Shown here piece by piece: positions 22,923 through 35,540 of a DNA stretch of 64,000 nt. Each line of letters begins with the position of its first letter. Position 1 is the stretch's first letter. This DNA comes from Cetorhinus maximus (taxonomy: Eukaryota), in contig NC_135903.1 in the NCBI RefSeq assembly GCF_964194155.1, forward strand, positions 1,550,001 through 1,614,000, read 5' to 3'. The translations under genes were made by a program, and so were the position numbers. Below the pieces are notes generated by a model. It saw only the letters and a program-made list of their open reading frames with translations. It was not told the origin of the DNA and did not search any database.

Positions 22923-25093
22923 GTACTCAGCCAGTGAGGGAATAGATGGGAGGAACAATGTTAGTGACTGACAGCCTAGCAGCAGGTATAGCAAGTGCAG
23001 GAAAGTGAGATTTTCAGAGAACCAGATGTGTTTAGCATAATGAAATAGAAACTAATATCATGAGAGAATGAGGAGACAGTCTTCAGCTTTCTAGTTTAAC
23101 TCTTTTCAATGATTTTTAAGATATTAAAGTGATATTGAGCAGAATGAGAAGGAATGAAATTCAAATCAGTTTGGATTAGGTGAAGTGAAGTTCTGATTCT
23201 ATCCCAGAGGGTGGCATAGTCCCTTATACTGTTGATAGTATATATTTAGAAATGAAATTGTTATAAATAAAGCTGCCGTGCACCTCAAAATAAAACTTGT
23301 TGTCCGTTGTGTGTTTTGATATATGATTTGCAAATATAGAAAATTAATAATAAATTACCAACAGATCTAGAATCTCTCAACTCAAAATGAGGCCATTCAG
23401 TCCACCACACCTGTGTCAGCCCTTTGAAAGTGCTATCCAATTAGGCTCTTTCACCTAAACTCAGCAAATTATTGCAGGTATATATCTTTTTCCATTTTGA
23501 AAGTTGCCATTGAATCTACCCTTTCACTTCTTCCATTCCAGTAACAAAAAACAACACAAATGAAAACTGCTCATCTTCCCTCTGGTCTCTTCACTGATAA
23601 CATCAACATTGACAACACATTATTGATAAAATGTAGCAATGTTTTAATTTTCTAATGTTTTATATTAAATTCATGAATATGAAGGCCCAGCCTATTAATG
23701 TGGTCGCCAAGTTCTCAACATCATAACTTCCTAAATTGGTAAATGACAGTTTCCATCACACACAGGAGTTTCCTATAAACTGCAACATAAATGTTTATTC
23801 TCAGGTGTGTTTTGGCAGCATTACGATCAAATAGATTCCAGGTTCAGTATAAGTTCATGGTCAGAATTTACATTTTTACACCATTTAACATTTTGACTAA
23901 TAAATAAACTGTGGCATTGCTCATGTATTCCACAAACTGTGATATGATTGTTGATGTTTCCCACTGCCAGCATCAACCTAAACACATGAGCTATTTCTCC
24001 ATCAGCATAATCCACTAAATTTGCTGAAGGAATATAACTGCTGACTGACACTGCAAGAAATATTACGCATCACACTGATCCAGTAAGATACAGATCCCTG
24101 TATTCTTTGGGGCTGGACAGGATAGAGGCTGAGGATCATACCCCTTGGTGGGAAATCAGGATCTTGGGAGCACTTTAAAAATAAGAGGTCTGGCATTTAA
24201 GGTGGAGATACAGAGAAATGTCTCAGAGGGACATTTGTGATTGGAACTCTCTTCCACAGTGAGCAGGAGAGCTGGGTCTTTGAGTATATTCAAGGCTGTT
24301 AGATGGATTTTGGATTGACAATGGAGTCAAGGGTTGTGGGGAGCAGAGAGGAAGGTGGAATTACGGCCAGAATTAGGTAAACCGTGATGTAATTGAATGG
24401 TGCAGGAGGCTCGGGGGGCTGAATGGCCTACGCATGCTCCCATTCTTCATGTTCTTATGTTCAGTAGTACAGGATCAGTAATATTATTTCACACAAACTT
24501 TATAAAAGTTGGTTACAATGCAAGTAACTTTGCTTTTACTCCCAATTATTTAAATTGAACAGGTAACCCCAATGAAAGAGGATTCCACCATCCAATAAAT
24601 GACTGGTGTCCAGTCTGGTGTCTGTGTTGGAAGATAAGCTGTTGTTGCTGCTCATTGTCAGGCTGCAGGGTAATACAGAGATTTGGTGCACTGGGTCCTG
24701 GCAATAGTTTGATATATTTTTTAATGAGCTGAGTTCAATTTCAGGCAGATCTTGACATAGGGAATTCTTCCTCTGGGTTTTAGGGGAATCCAAACTAAAA
24801 TGTGTTTTTCTTCACTGAGAATACAGGAACTAAGTGTCTAGTTTTTCAGTTATGTCGTATTAGTTTCTTTATACGAAGGAAAAAATCTGAATCATCACTA
24901 TTATATTCAAAAGTATTTATTTTTCCAAGTACATATCTATAAAAATAATCCACATGAATGCTGGTAATAGTGCAGTACAGAAACACAATTTAATAATTCA
25001 TTTTCAGATTTTGCCTTCATAACATTGTCTCAGAAATTCATTTCTGCACATAAAGAATTCTTAGATCTTACAGAAGATAGTAGTAAATGAGTT

Positions 25094-25753
25094 TTAATTG
25101 TCCATTTTTACTTCCTCCTCAATTTTCTTCGCATCCTTCCCACTCTCCAGTTTCGGTGCCTCTTGGCCAGGATTTAGCCGGGGACTGGTTGTTGTATCCG
25201 AGGTGATGTTGACGGGCACGGTTTGTTCATTCACAGCGGGCAGTGCCAGGCGTGGGGCTTGAACCTTTAACCGACTGTCCTGTGACAAACAGCAGTTAAG
25301 ATCTTCAGCATCGACATCTTCTGGCAGCTGAAATTCTCTCCTCAACTCTTCATATTTGTAGCTGGAAGAGCCGCTGCCATCATCACTTTTCTTCTCGTGC
25401 TTTCCTGTCACCAGCACTTTTCTTCCAAGTATTTTTACCTTCAGTTCTTCTGGAGAGAATCGCTGGACATCCAGGGACAGAGAAAAGCCATTTCCCTCCT
25501 TGTCCTCTGATTGTCTTTTACCTTCTTCATTATCATCAGGTCTCTTGTCCTGATTTCTTGGTTTTTCCTCCCAAAATTCTTTTGCCAGCTCCTCAAGAAC
25601 TCGCTCCATGAAGTTCATGCTCTTTCTCGCTTCTTCCACCTGTTTCCACGTGTTGCATCCAAGCGGCTCCCAGACCCTGTGTGGAACAGGCCACAATGTG
25701 TACACAGGCTGCTGGCACAGACGTGAAGGGTGGAAAGCCCGACAGCTCAGCAT
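25094..25753 (-). CDS. hsp30: Hsp30-type sHSP copy 4, 219 aa
   Basis: Intact ORF; private changes LKVKIL, AEDL, LSQDSRL, NEQT. Confidence 0.9.
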   Translation of the reverse strand: MLSCRAFHPSRLCQQPVYTLWPVPHRVWEPLGCNTWKQVEEARKSMNFMERVLEELAKEFWEEKPRNQDKRPDDNEEGKRQSEDKEGNGFSLSLDVQRFSPEELKVKILGRKVLVTGKHEKKSDDGSGSSSYKYEELRREFQLPEDVDAEDLNCCLSQDSRLKVQAPRLALPAVNEQTVPVNITSDTTTSPRLNPGQEAPKLESGKDAKKIEEEVKMDN

Positions 25754-25846
25754 TGTCTCTGCCTCTTCTCTCACTTCTCTCAAACCGACTGATGTGAACT
25801 CCCAGTCTTCAGTCTCTGATCTGCTGCAGCACTCGAACACACGCCT

Positions 25847-26013
25847 TATATATTCTACTCCCAGAAACCCAGACATTTCCAGAATGAACTAAAGTTTGCT
25901 GGGCTCATGACACGTGAGCTGCAAATAAATGACATCTCATCCCAGCCTTGCTTTAAACAAGAATGACTCGACTCAGTGACACCCACTGGAGCCGTTCCAG
26001 AGACTTCTGGAAT
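25847..26013 (-). promoter_or_regulatory. hsp30 copy 4 promoter
   Basis: TATA and HSEs; distal HSE at 25994-26013. Confidence 0.85.
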
Positions 26014-27902
26014 GTATTCAGCCAGTGAGGGAATAGATGGGAGGAGCAATGTTAGTGAGTGACAGCCTAGCAGTAGGTATAGCAAGTGCAAGAAAGTGAG
26101 TTTTATGAGGAGCCGGATCTGTTTGTCCTAATGAAATGTAAACTGATTTTGTGAGGGAATGATGAATCATTCTGGCTTTCTAGTATTGCTCTTTTCAATG
26201 GTTTTTGCGATACTAAAGTGATATTTAACGATGAAAAAGAGTGAAATTCAAATCAGGTTCGTTTAAGTGAAGTTCGGATCAAGGCTTTGGTTCCGTTCTA
26301 TTCGTAATGACATATGTTTAAAAATGGAATAGTTACAAATAAAGCTGCTGTGCATTTCAAAGTTACTAAAACCTGTTGTCTGTTGTGTTTTGACATGAGA
26401 TTTTCAAATATTAAAAATTAATATAAATTACCGATTGATCTAGAATCTCTCAGCTCAAAATGAGGCCATTCGGTCCACCATGTCTGTATCAGCGCTTTGG
26501 AAGTGCTATCCAATTACTCCTAACTTCCCTGCTCTTTCGCCAAAACTCTGCAAATTATTTCTTTGCAGGTATATATCCTTTTCCATTTTGGATGTTGCTA
26601 TTTAAGTTTTCACATCTTCCACTCCAGTACCAGAAAACCACACAAATCAAAACTGCTTGTCTACCCTCTGGTCTCTTCACGGATAAAATCAACATTGATA
26701 ACATATTATCAATGAAATATAGCAATGTGTTAACTTTCTACTGTATTATATTAAATTCTTAAAAATGAATGGTCTACCATTAATGTTGTTGCAAAGCTCC
26801 TAACTTCCTAAATTGTTAACTGACAGTTTCCATCATACACAAGAATGTCCTCCAATCTGCAAAATAAATCTTTATTCCCAAGGTATCTTGGCAGCATTAT
26901 GATGAAATGGATTCCAGATTCAATATAAGTTTATAGCCTGATTTTACATTTTTACACCATTTAACATTTTAACTAATAAATAAGCTGTGGCGTTGCCCAT
27001 GTATTCCACAACCTGTGATGCGACTGTTGATGTTTCCCACTGTCCAGCATCAACTAAACACACGAGCGGTTTGTCCGTCAGTATCATACAGTAAATTCAC
27101 TGAGGGAACATTACTGCTGAGAGACACTGCAAGAAATATTACACACCATACAGATCCAGTCAGATACAGATCTCTTCTTGAAATGTGTAAGATTTTGTGG
27201 GGCTGGACATGGTAGATGCTGAAAGGATGCTCCCCCTCATGGGGTCACCAGGAACTATGTGGAGGATTAAACATAGGAGCTGTGCAATTTAAGATGAAGA
27301 TGAAGCAAAATTTCTTCTCTCAGAGAGTCGTTAATGTTCGAAATTTTCTTCCCCAGAGACCAGTGGAGACTGGGTCATTGAATATATTCACAGCTGTTTG
27401 ACAGATGTTTGACAGACAATGGAGTCAAGTGTTATGGGGGGACAGACAGGAAAGTTTAGATAAGGCCCCAATCAGATCAGTCATGATCTAATTGAATGGT
27501 GAAGGAGGGGATCGTGGGGCAGAATGACCTACGCCTGTTCCTATTCTTTGTGTTCTTCTGTTCAGGGGGGCAGAATTAGTAATATTATTTCACTGAAACT
27601 TTATAAAAGTTGCTTACAATGCAACTAACTTTGCTTTTCCTCCCAGTTATTCATATTGAATAGATAACCCCAATGAAAGAGGATTCCACCATCCAGGAAT
27701 TGAGTGGTGTCCAGTCTGGTGTCTGTGTTGGAAGATAAGCTGTTGTTGCTGCTCATTGTCAGGCTGCAGGGTAATACAGAGATTTGGTGCACTGGGTCTG
27801 TGCAATAATTTGATATATGTTTTAACGAACTGAGTTCAATTTCAGACAGATCTTGACATAGAGAATTCTATCTCTGGGTTTTAAATTAATTCTAGTTAAA
27901 AT

Positions 27903-28476
27903 GCCCTGAATTTTTGGGATGACAGGGAAAGGCGCACTAGTTGCACGAAGATTCCTGGGACTAAGACCCTGGAAGTGCAGCAAGAGGTGTCAGGGGTCCG
28001 GGTGGAGCTGGTAGGGGAGGCTTGGAGAGTCACGATGGGGGGGATCGGGATCTCGGATGATAGGCCGGCAGGGGAGGGAGGTCCAGAGGTCACCAGGCCC
28101 ACAGGAGAGGGCACCTGCAGTCAGAAGAGGGCTTCTGATGTGAGTCACCCACCAGCCCCCTTCCCACCCGAGATCAAAATCTCTTCATTTACGAGTTTTC
28201 CCACCTGAGCTGTCATCAGCGCGCCAGCCTAAAGATTGAGGTTGGCAAGAAACAGCCCTGAACTGGCATTAAGGGCCTTAGCTGGGGTAAGGCCAGGCTT
28301 GCACTCTGAACCCATGCCCGACCCAGCATAAAATCAGTGAAAGGTCGGGGCAGGCAGGACCCGAAGGGAATCCGTCCATCCAATGACACGCTCGCCCCCC
28401 ACCCCCACACCCCCCCCACCCACCCCCCACACCGTCTCAGCTCCCGCTGGGCATGGAGGAGCGTAAAATTCTGGCC
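27903..28476. mobile_element. Non-autonomous Harbinger-like MITE in the spacer
   Basis: Termini GCCCTGAATTTT / AAAATTCTGGCC (imperfect TIR resembling the terminus at 16121), flanked by AAT. Confidence 0.65.
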
Positions 28477-28762
28477 AATGTGGTTTTTTTTTACTGAGTG
28501 TAAAGGAAGTAAGTGTCTAGTTTTTCAGTTTAATTTTTTATGAAGTGAAAAAGCGAAATCATCATTTTTTTCAAAAGTATTTAATGTTCCAAAATAAATA
28601 TATATAAAAATAATCCACACGAATGCGGCTAACAACACAGTTCAAACATACAAGATCAAAACAATTAATTTTCAACATTATGCCTTCAAATCATAGTCTC
28701 AGAAACTCATTTCTGCATATCACCCATTCTTACATCGTGCAAAAGATAAATGTAATTGAGGT

Positions 28763-29425
28763 TTAATTGTCCATTTTTACTTCCTGCTCTTCCTGGTTCC
28801 CCTCATTCTTTCCACTCTCCAGTTTCGGTGCCTCTTGGCCAGGATTTAGCCGGGGACTGGTTGTTGTATCCGAGGTGATGTTGACGGGCACGGTTCGTTC
28901 ATTCACAGCTGGCAGTGCCAGGCGTGGGGCTTGAACCTTTAACCGACCGTCCTGTGACAAACAGCAGTTAAGAGCTTCAGCATTGACATCTTCTGGCAGC
29001 TGAAATTCTCTCCTCAACTCTTCATATTTGTAGCTGGAATAGCGGCTGCCAACATCACTTTTCTTCTCATGTTTTCCTGTCACCAGCACTTTTCTTCCAA
29101 GTACTTTCACATTCAGTTCTTCTGGGGAGAATCGCTGGACATCCAGGGACAGGGAAAAGCCATCTCCCTCCTTGTCCTCTGATTGTCTTTTACCTTCTTC
29201 ATTATCATCAGGTCTCTTGTCCTGATTTCTTGGTTTTTCTTCCCAAAATTCTTTTGCCAGCTCCTCAAGAACACGTTCCATGAAGTTCATGCTCTTTCTC
29301 GCTTCTTCCACCTGTTTCCAACTGTTGCATTCAAGCGGCTCCCAGACCCTGTGTGGAACAGGCCACAATGTGTACACAGGCTGCTGGCACAGACGTGAAG
29401 GGTGGAAAGCCCGACAGCTCAGCAT
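28763..29425 (-). CDS. hsp30: Hsp30-type sHSP copy 5, 220 aa
   Basis: Intact ORF; shares NSW, GDG and DVGSRYSS with copy 2. Confidence 0.92.
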   Translation of the reverse strand: MLSCRAFHPSRLCQQPVYTLWPVPHRVWEPLECNSWKQVEEARKSMNFMERVLEELAKEFWEEKPRNQDKRPDDNEEGKRQSEDKEGDGFSLSLDVQRFSPEELNVKVLGRKVLVTGKHEKKSDVGSRYSSYKYEELRREFQLPEDVNAEALNCCLSQDGRLKVQAPRLALPAVNERTVPVNITSDTTTSPRLNPGQEAPKLESGKNEGNQEEQEVKMDN

Positions 29426-29518
29426 TGTCTCTGCCTCTTCTCTCACTTCTCTCAAACCGACTGATGTGAACTCCCAGTCTTCAGTCTCTGATCTGCTGCA
29501 GCACTCAGAACACACACC

Positions 29519-29686
29519 TTATATATTCTACTCCCAGAAACCCAGACATTTCCAGAATGAACTCAACTTTGCTGGGTTCATGACACGTGAGCTGCAAATA
29601 AATGACATCTCATTCCAGCCTCGCTTTAATCAAGAATGACTTGACTCAGTGACACCCACTGGAGCCGTTCCAGAGACTTCTGGAAT
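29519..29686 (-). promoter_or_regulatory. hsp30 copy 5 promoter (with a perfect AP-1 site)
   Basis: TATA and HSEs; TGACTCA at 29642-29648. Confidence 0.85.
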
Positions 29687-31064
29687 GTACTCAGCCAGTG
29701 AGGGAACAGATGGGAGGAACAATGTTAGTGAGTGACAGCCTAGCAGCAGGTATAGCAAGTGCAAGAAAGTGAGTTTCGTGAGGAGCCGATCTGTTTATGC
29801 GAATGAAATGTAAACTGATATTATGGGAGAAGGCTGAGTCCATCTTTAGCTTTCTATTTTTATTGATTTTGGCGATATTAAAGCGATTTTTAACTGTGTA
29901 ATAGAGTGAAATTCAAATCTGTTTGTTTTCAGTGAAGTTCGGATTGAGATGTTAGTTCTGTTCTATTCATAATAACATGTTTAAAAATGAATTATTTACA
30001 GATAAAGCTGCTGTGCACTTTAAAGTTACTAAAATCTGTTGTCTGTTATGTGTTTTGATATGAGATTTTCAAATATTAAAAATTAATATAAATTACCGAT
30101 TGATCTAGAACCATTTAACATTTTAACTAATAAATAAGCTGTGGCATTGCCCATGTATTCCACAACCTGTGATACGAATGTTGATGTTTCCCACTGTCCA
30201 GCATCAACCTGAACACACGAGCTGTTTGTCCGTCAGTATCATCCAGTAAATTTACTGAGGAAACATTACTGCTGCCTGTCTGCAAGAAATATTACACACC
30301 ATACTGATACAGGAAGATACAGATCCCTTATTGAAATGTGCAAGATTCTTTGGGGATTGACAGGGTAGCTGGTGAGAGGATGATCCCCCTCAGGGGGAAT
30401 CAGGAACTAGGTGGCAGTTTAAAAATAAGAGCTGTGCCATTCAAATGAAGATCAGGAGAAATTTCTTCTCTCAGAGGATCGCCAGTGTTCTCACTTTTCT
30501 TCCCCAGTGAGCAGTGTCAGGCTGGGTCATTGAATATATTCACAGCTGTTTGACAGATGTTTGACAGACAATGGAGTCAAGTGTTATGGGGGGACAGACA
30601 GGAAAATGGAGGTAAGGCCACAATCAGATCAGTCATGATCTAACTGAATGGTGAAGGAGGGGATCGTGGGGCAGAATGGCCTGCGCCTGTTCCTATTGCT
30701 AATGTTCTTATGTTCAGGGGGACAGGATCAGTAATATTATTTCACTGAAACTTTATACAAGTTGCTTACAATGCAACTAACTTTGCTTTTCCTCCCAGTT
30801 ATTCATATTGAATAGATAACCCCAATGAAAGAGGATTCCACCATCTAGTAATTGAGTGGTGTCCAGTCTGGTGTCTGTGTTGGAAGATAAGCTGTTGTTG
30901 CTGCTCATTGTCAGGCTGCAGGGTAATACAGAGATTTGGTGCACTGGGTCTGTGCAATCATTTGATAAATGTTTTAACGAACTGAGTTCAATTTCAGACA
31001 GATCTTGACATAGAGAATTCTTTCTCTGGGTTTTAAATTAATTCTAGTTAATTCTAGTTAAAAT

Positions 31065-31623
31065 GCCCTGAATTTTTGGGATGACAGGGAAATGCGCACT
31101 AGCTGCGCGAAACTTCCTGGGACTAAGACCCTGGAAGTGGAGCAAACGGTGTCAGGGGTCTGGGTGGGGAAGGTAGGGAAGGCCTGGGGAGTCGTGATGG
31201 GGGGGATCGGTCTCTCGGACGATAGGCCGGCAGGGGAGGGAGCACCAGAGATCACCAGGCACACAGGAGAGGGCACCTCCAGTCAGAAGGGGGCTTCTGA
31301 TGTGAGACACCCACCAGCCCCCTTCCCACCCGAGATCAAAATCTCTTCATTCATGGATTTTCCCACCTGAGCTGTCATCAGCGCGCCAGCCTAAAGATTG
31401 AGGTTGGCAAGAAACGGCCCTTAACTGGCATTACGTGGCTACTGAAGGACCTTAACTGGGGCAAGGTCAGGTTTCTCCTCTGAGCCCCTGTCCGCCCCAG
31501 AGTAAAATTGCTGCAAGGTCGGTCCTCTCAGGAACCCAGAGGGAATCCGTCCATCCAATTACACGTTTCACCCCACCCCTACCTCAGAAACCGCTGGGCG
31601 TGGGGGAGTGTAACATGTTCGCC
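31065..31623. mobile_element. Harbinger-like MITE, copy duplicated with the spacer
   Basis: Homologous to 27903-28476 at the same spacer position. Confidence 0.65.
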
Positions 31624-31915
31624 AATGTGTTTTTTTACAGAGCGTACAGGAAGTAAGTGTCTATTCTTTCAGTCGTTTAATATCGGTTTCTTTTTATGAA
31701 GTGAAAAAACAAAATCATCATTTTTTTCAAAAGCATTTATTGTTGAGAAAAAATATATAAAAATAATCCACATGAACGCGGCTAACAGCACAGTTCAAAC
31801 ATACAATATCAAAACAATTAATTTATACCATTATGCCTTCATAATATAGTCTCAGAAACTCATTTCTGCATATCACCCATTCTTACATCGTACAAAAGAT
31901 AAATGTAATTGAGGA

Positions 31916-32578
31916 TTAATTGTCCAAATTTACTTCCTGCTCTTCCTGGTTCCCCTCATCCTTCCCACTCTCCAGTTTGTGTGCCTCTTGGCCAGGATTT
32001 AGCTGGGGACTGGTTGTTGTATCCGAGGTGATGTTGACGGGCACGGTTCGTTCATTCACAGCTGGCAGTGCCAGGCGTGGGGCTTGAACCTTTAACCGAC
32101 CGTCCTGTGACAAACAGCAGTTAAGAGCTTCAGCATCGACATCTTCTGGCAGCTGAAATTCTCTTCTCAACTCTTCATATTTGTAGCTGGAAGAGCCGCT
32201 GCCATCATCAGTTTTCTTCTCATGTTTTCCTGTCACCAGCACTTTTCTTCCAAGTACTTTCACATTCAGTTCTTCTGGGGAGAATCGCTGGACATCCAGG
32301 GACAGAGAAAAGCCATTTCCCTCCTTGTCCTCTGATTGTCTTTTACCTTCTTCATTATCATCAGGTCTGTTGTCCTGATTTCTTGGTTTTTCCTCCCAAA
32401 ATTCTTTTGCCAGCTCCTCAAGAACTCGCTCCATGAAGTTCATGCTCTTTCTCGCTTCTTCCACCTGTTTCCACATGTTGCATTCAAGCGGCTCCCAGAC
32501 CCTGTGTGGAACAGGCCACAATGTGTACACAGGCTGCTGGCACAGACGTGAAGGGTGGAAAGCCCGACAGCTCAGCAT
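31916..32578 (-). CDS. hsp30: Hsp30-type sHSP copy 6, 220 aa
   Basis: Intact ACD ORF. Confidence 0.92.
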   Translation of the reverse strand: MLSCRAFHPSRLCQQPVYTLWPVPHRVWEPLECNMWKQVEEARKSMNFMERVLEELAKEFWEEKPRNQDNRPDDNEEGKRQSEDKEGNGFSLSLDVQRFSPEELNVKVLGRKVLVTGKHEKKTDDGSGSSSYKYEELRREFQLPEDVDAEALNCCLSQDGRLKVQAPRLALPAVNERTVPVNITSDTTTSPQLNPGQEAHKLESGKDEGNQEEQEVNLDN

Positions 32579-32671
32579 TCTCTCTGCCTCTTCTCTCACT
32601 TCTCTCAAACTGACTGATGTGAACTCCCAGTCTTCAGTCTTTGATCTGCTGCAGCACTCAGAACACACGCC

Positions 32672-32839
32672 TTATATATTCTACTCCCAGAAACCCAGAC
32701 ATTTCCAGAATGAACTCAACTTTGCTGGGTTTATGACACGTGAGCTGAAAATAAATGACATCTCATCCCAGCCTTGCTTTAAACAAGAATGACTCGACTC
32801 AGTGACACCCACTGGAGCCGTTCCAGAGACTTCTGGAAT
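32672..32839 (-). promoter_or_regulatory. hsp30 copy 6 promoter
   Basis: TATA and HSEs; distal HSE at 32820-32839. Confidence 0.85.
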
Positions 32840-34727
32840 GTACTCAGCCAGTGAGGGAATAGATGGGAGGAACAATGTTAGTGAGTGACAGCCTAGCAGC
32901 AGGTATAGCAAGTGCAGGAAAGTGAGTTTCGTGAGGAGCCGGATCTGTTTGTCCTAATGAAATGTAAACTGATTTTGTGAGGGAATGATGAATCATTCTG
33001 GCTTTCTAGTATTGCTCTTTTCAATGGTTTTTGCGATACTAAAGTGATATTTAACGATGTAAAAGAGTGAAATTCAAATCAGGTTCGTTTAAGTGAAGTT
33101 CGGATCAAGGCTTTGGTTCCGTTCTATTCGTAATGACATATGTTTAAAAATGGAATAGTTACAGATAAAGCTGCTGTGCACTTCAAAGTTACTAAAACCT
33201 GTTGTCTGTTGTGTTTTGACATGAGATTTTCAAATATTAAAAATTAATATAAATTACCGATTGATCTAGAATCTCAGCTCAAAATGAGGCCATTCGGTCC
33301 ACCATGTCTGTATCAGCGCTTTGGAAGTGCTATCCAATTACTCCCAACTCCCCTGCTCTTTCGCCAAAACTCTGCAAATTATTTCTTTGCCGGTATATAT
33401 CCTTTTCCATTTTGGATGTTGCTATTTAAGTTTTCACATCTTCCATTCCAGTACCAGAAAAGCACACAAATCAAAACTGCTTGTCTTCCCTCTGGTCTCT
33501 TCACGGATAAAATCAACATTGATAACATATTGTCGATGAAATATAGCAATGTGTTAACTTTCTACTGTATTATATTAAATTCCTAAAAATGAATGGTCTA
33601 TCATTAATGTTGTTGCAAAGCTCCTAACTTCCTAAATTGTTAACTGACAGTTTCCATCATACACAAGAATGTCCTCCAATCTGCAAAATAAATCTTTATT
33701 CCCAAGGTATCTTGGCAGCATTGTGATGAAATGGATTCCAGATTCAATATAAGTTTATAGCCTGATTTTACATTTTTACACCATTTAACATTTTAACTAA
33801 TAAATAAGCTGTGGCGTTGCCCATGTATTCCACAACCTGTGATACGATTGTTGATGTTTCCCACTGTCCAGCATCAACCTAAACACACGAGCTGTTTGTC
33901 TGTCAGTATCATACAGTAAATTCACTGAGGGAACATTACTGCTGAGAGACACTGCAAGAAATATTACACACCATACAGATCCAGTCAGATACAGATCTCT
34001 TCTTGAAATGTGTAAGATTTTGTGGGGCTGGACAGGGTAGATGCTGAAAGGATGCTCCCCCTCATGGGGTCACCAGGAACCATGTGGAGGATTAAAAATA
34101 GGAGCTGTGCAATTTAAGATGAAGATGAAGCAAAATTTCTTCTCTCAGAGAGTCGTTACTGTTCGAAATTTTCTTCCCCAGAGACCAGTGGAGACTGGGT
34201 CATTGAATATATTCAAAGCTGTTTGACAGATGTTTGATTGACAATGAATTCAAGTGTTATGGGGGGACAGACAGGAAAATGGAGGTAAGGCCACAATCAG
34301 ATCAGTCATGATCTAATTGAATGGTGAAGGAGGGGATCGTGGGGCAGAATGGCCTACGCCTGTTCCTATTCTTTATGTTCTTATGTTCAGGGGGACAGAA
34401 TCAGTAATATTATTTCACTGAAACTTTATACAAGTTGCTTACAATGCAACTAACTTTGCTTTTCCTCCCAGTTATTCATATTGAATAGATAACCCCAATG
34501 AAAGAGGATTCCACCATCCAGTAATTGAGTGGTGTCCAGTCTGGTGTCTGTGTTGGAAGATAAGCTGTTGTTGCTGCTCATTGTCAGGCTGCAGGGTAAT
34601 ACAGAGATTTGGTGCACTGGGTCTGTGCAATCATTTGATATATGTTTTAATGAACTGAGTTCAATTTCAGACAGATCTTGACATAGAGAATTCTTTCTCT
34701 GGGTTTTAAATTAATTCTAGTTAAAAT

Positions 34728-35287
34728 GCCCTGAATTTTTGGGATGACAGGGAAAGGCGCACTAGCTGCATGAAGATTCCTGGGACTAAGATCCTGCAAG
34801 TGAAGCAAATGGTGTCAGGGGTCCGGGTGGGGAAGGTAGGGAAGGCCTGGGGAGTCGCGATGGGGGTAATCGGGCTCTCAGACAATAGGCTGGCAGGGGA
34901 GGGAGGTCCAGAGGGCACCAGGCCCACAGGAGAGGGCACCTCCAGTCAGAAGGGGACTTCTGATGTGAGTCACCCACCAGCCCCCTTCCCACCCGAGATC
35001 AAAATCTCTTCATTCACGGGTTTTCCCACCTGAGCTGTCATCAGCGCGCCAGCCAAAAGATTGAGGTTGGCAAGAAACAGCCCTGAACTGGCATTAAGGG
35101 CCTTAGCTGGGGTGAGACCAGGCTTCCACTCTGAACCCATGCCCGACCCAGCATAAAATCAGTGAAAGGTCAGGGCAGGCAGGACCCGAAGGGAATCCGT
35201 CCATCCAATTACACGCTCCCCCCCCACCCCACCCCACACACACCGTCTCAGCTCCCGCTGGGCATGGAGGAGCTTAAAATTCTGGCC
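34728..35287. mobile_element. Harbinger-like MITE, copy duplicated with the spacer
   Basis: Homologous to 27903-28476. Confidence 0.65.
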
Positions 35288-35540
35288 AATGTGGTTTGTT
35301 TTTACTGAGTGTAAAGGAAGTAAGTGTCTAGTTTTTCAGTTTAATTTGTTATGAAGTGAAAAAGCGAAATCATCATTGTTTTCAAAAGTATTTATTGTTC
35401 CAATATAAATATATATAAAAATAATCCATATGAACGCTGCTAACAACACAGTTCAAACATACAATATCAAAACAATTAATTTTCAACATAATGCCTTCAT
35501 ATCATAGTCTCAGAAACTCATTTCTGCAAATAAACCATTC

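Noticed and set aside
26460-26762. Repeated 100-aa ORF (also 33284-33586) and MITE-derived ORFs at 27975, 31092 and 34770
   Set aside because: Spacer or TE sequence duplicated with the unit; no coding signature
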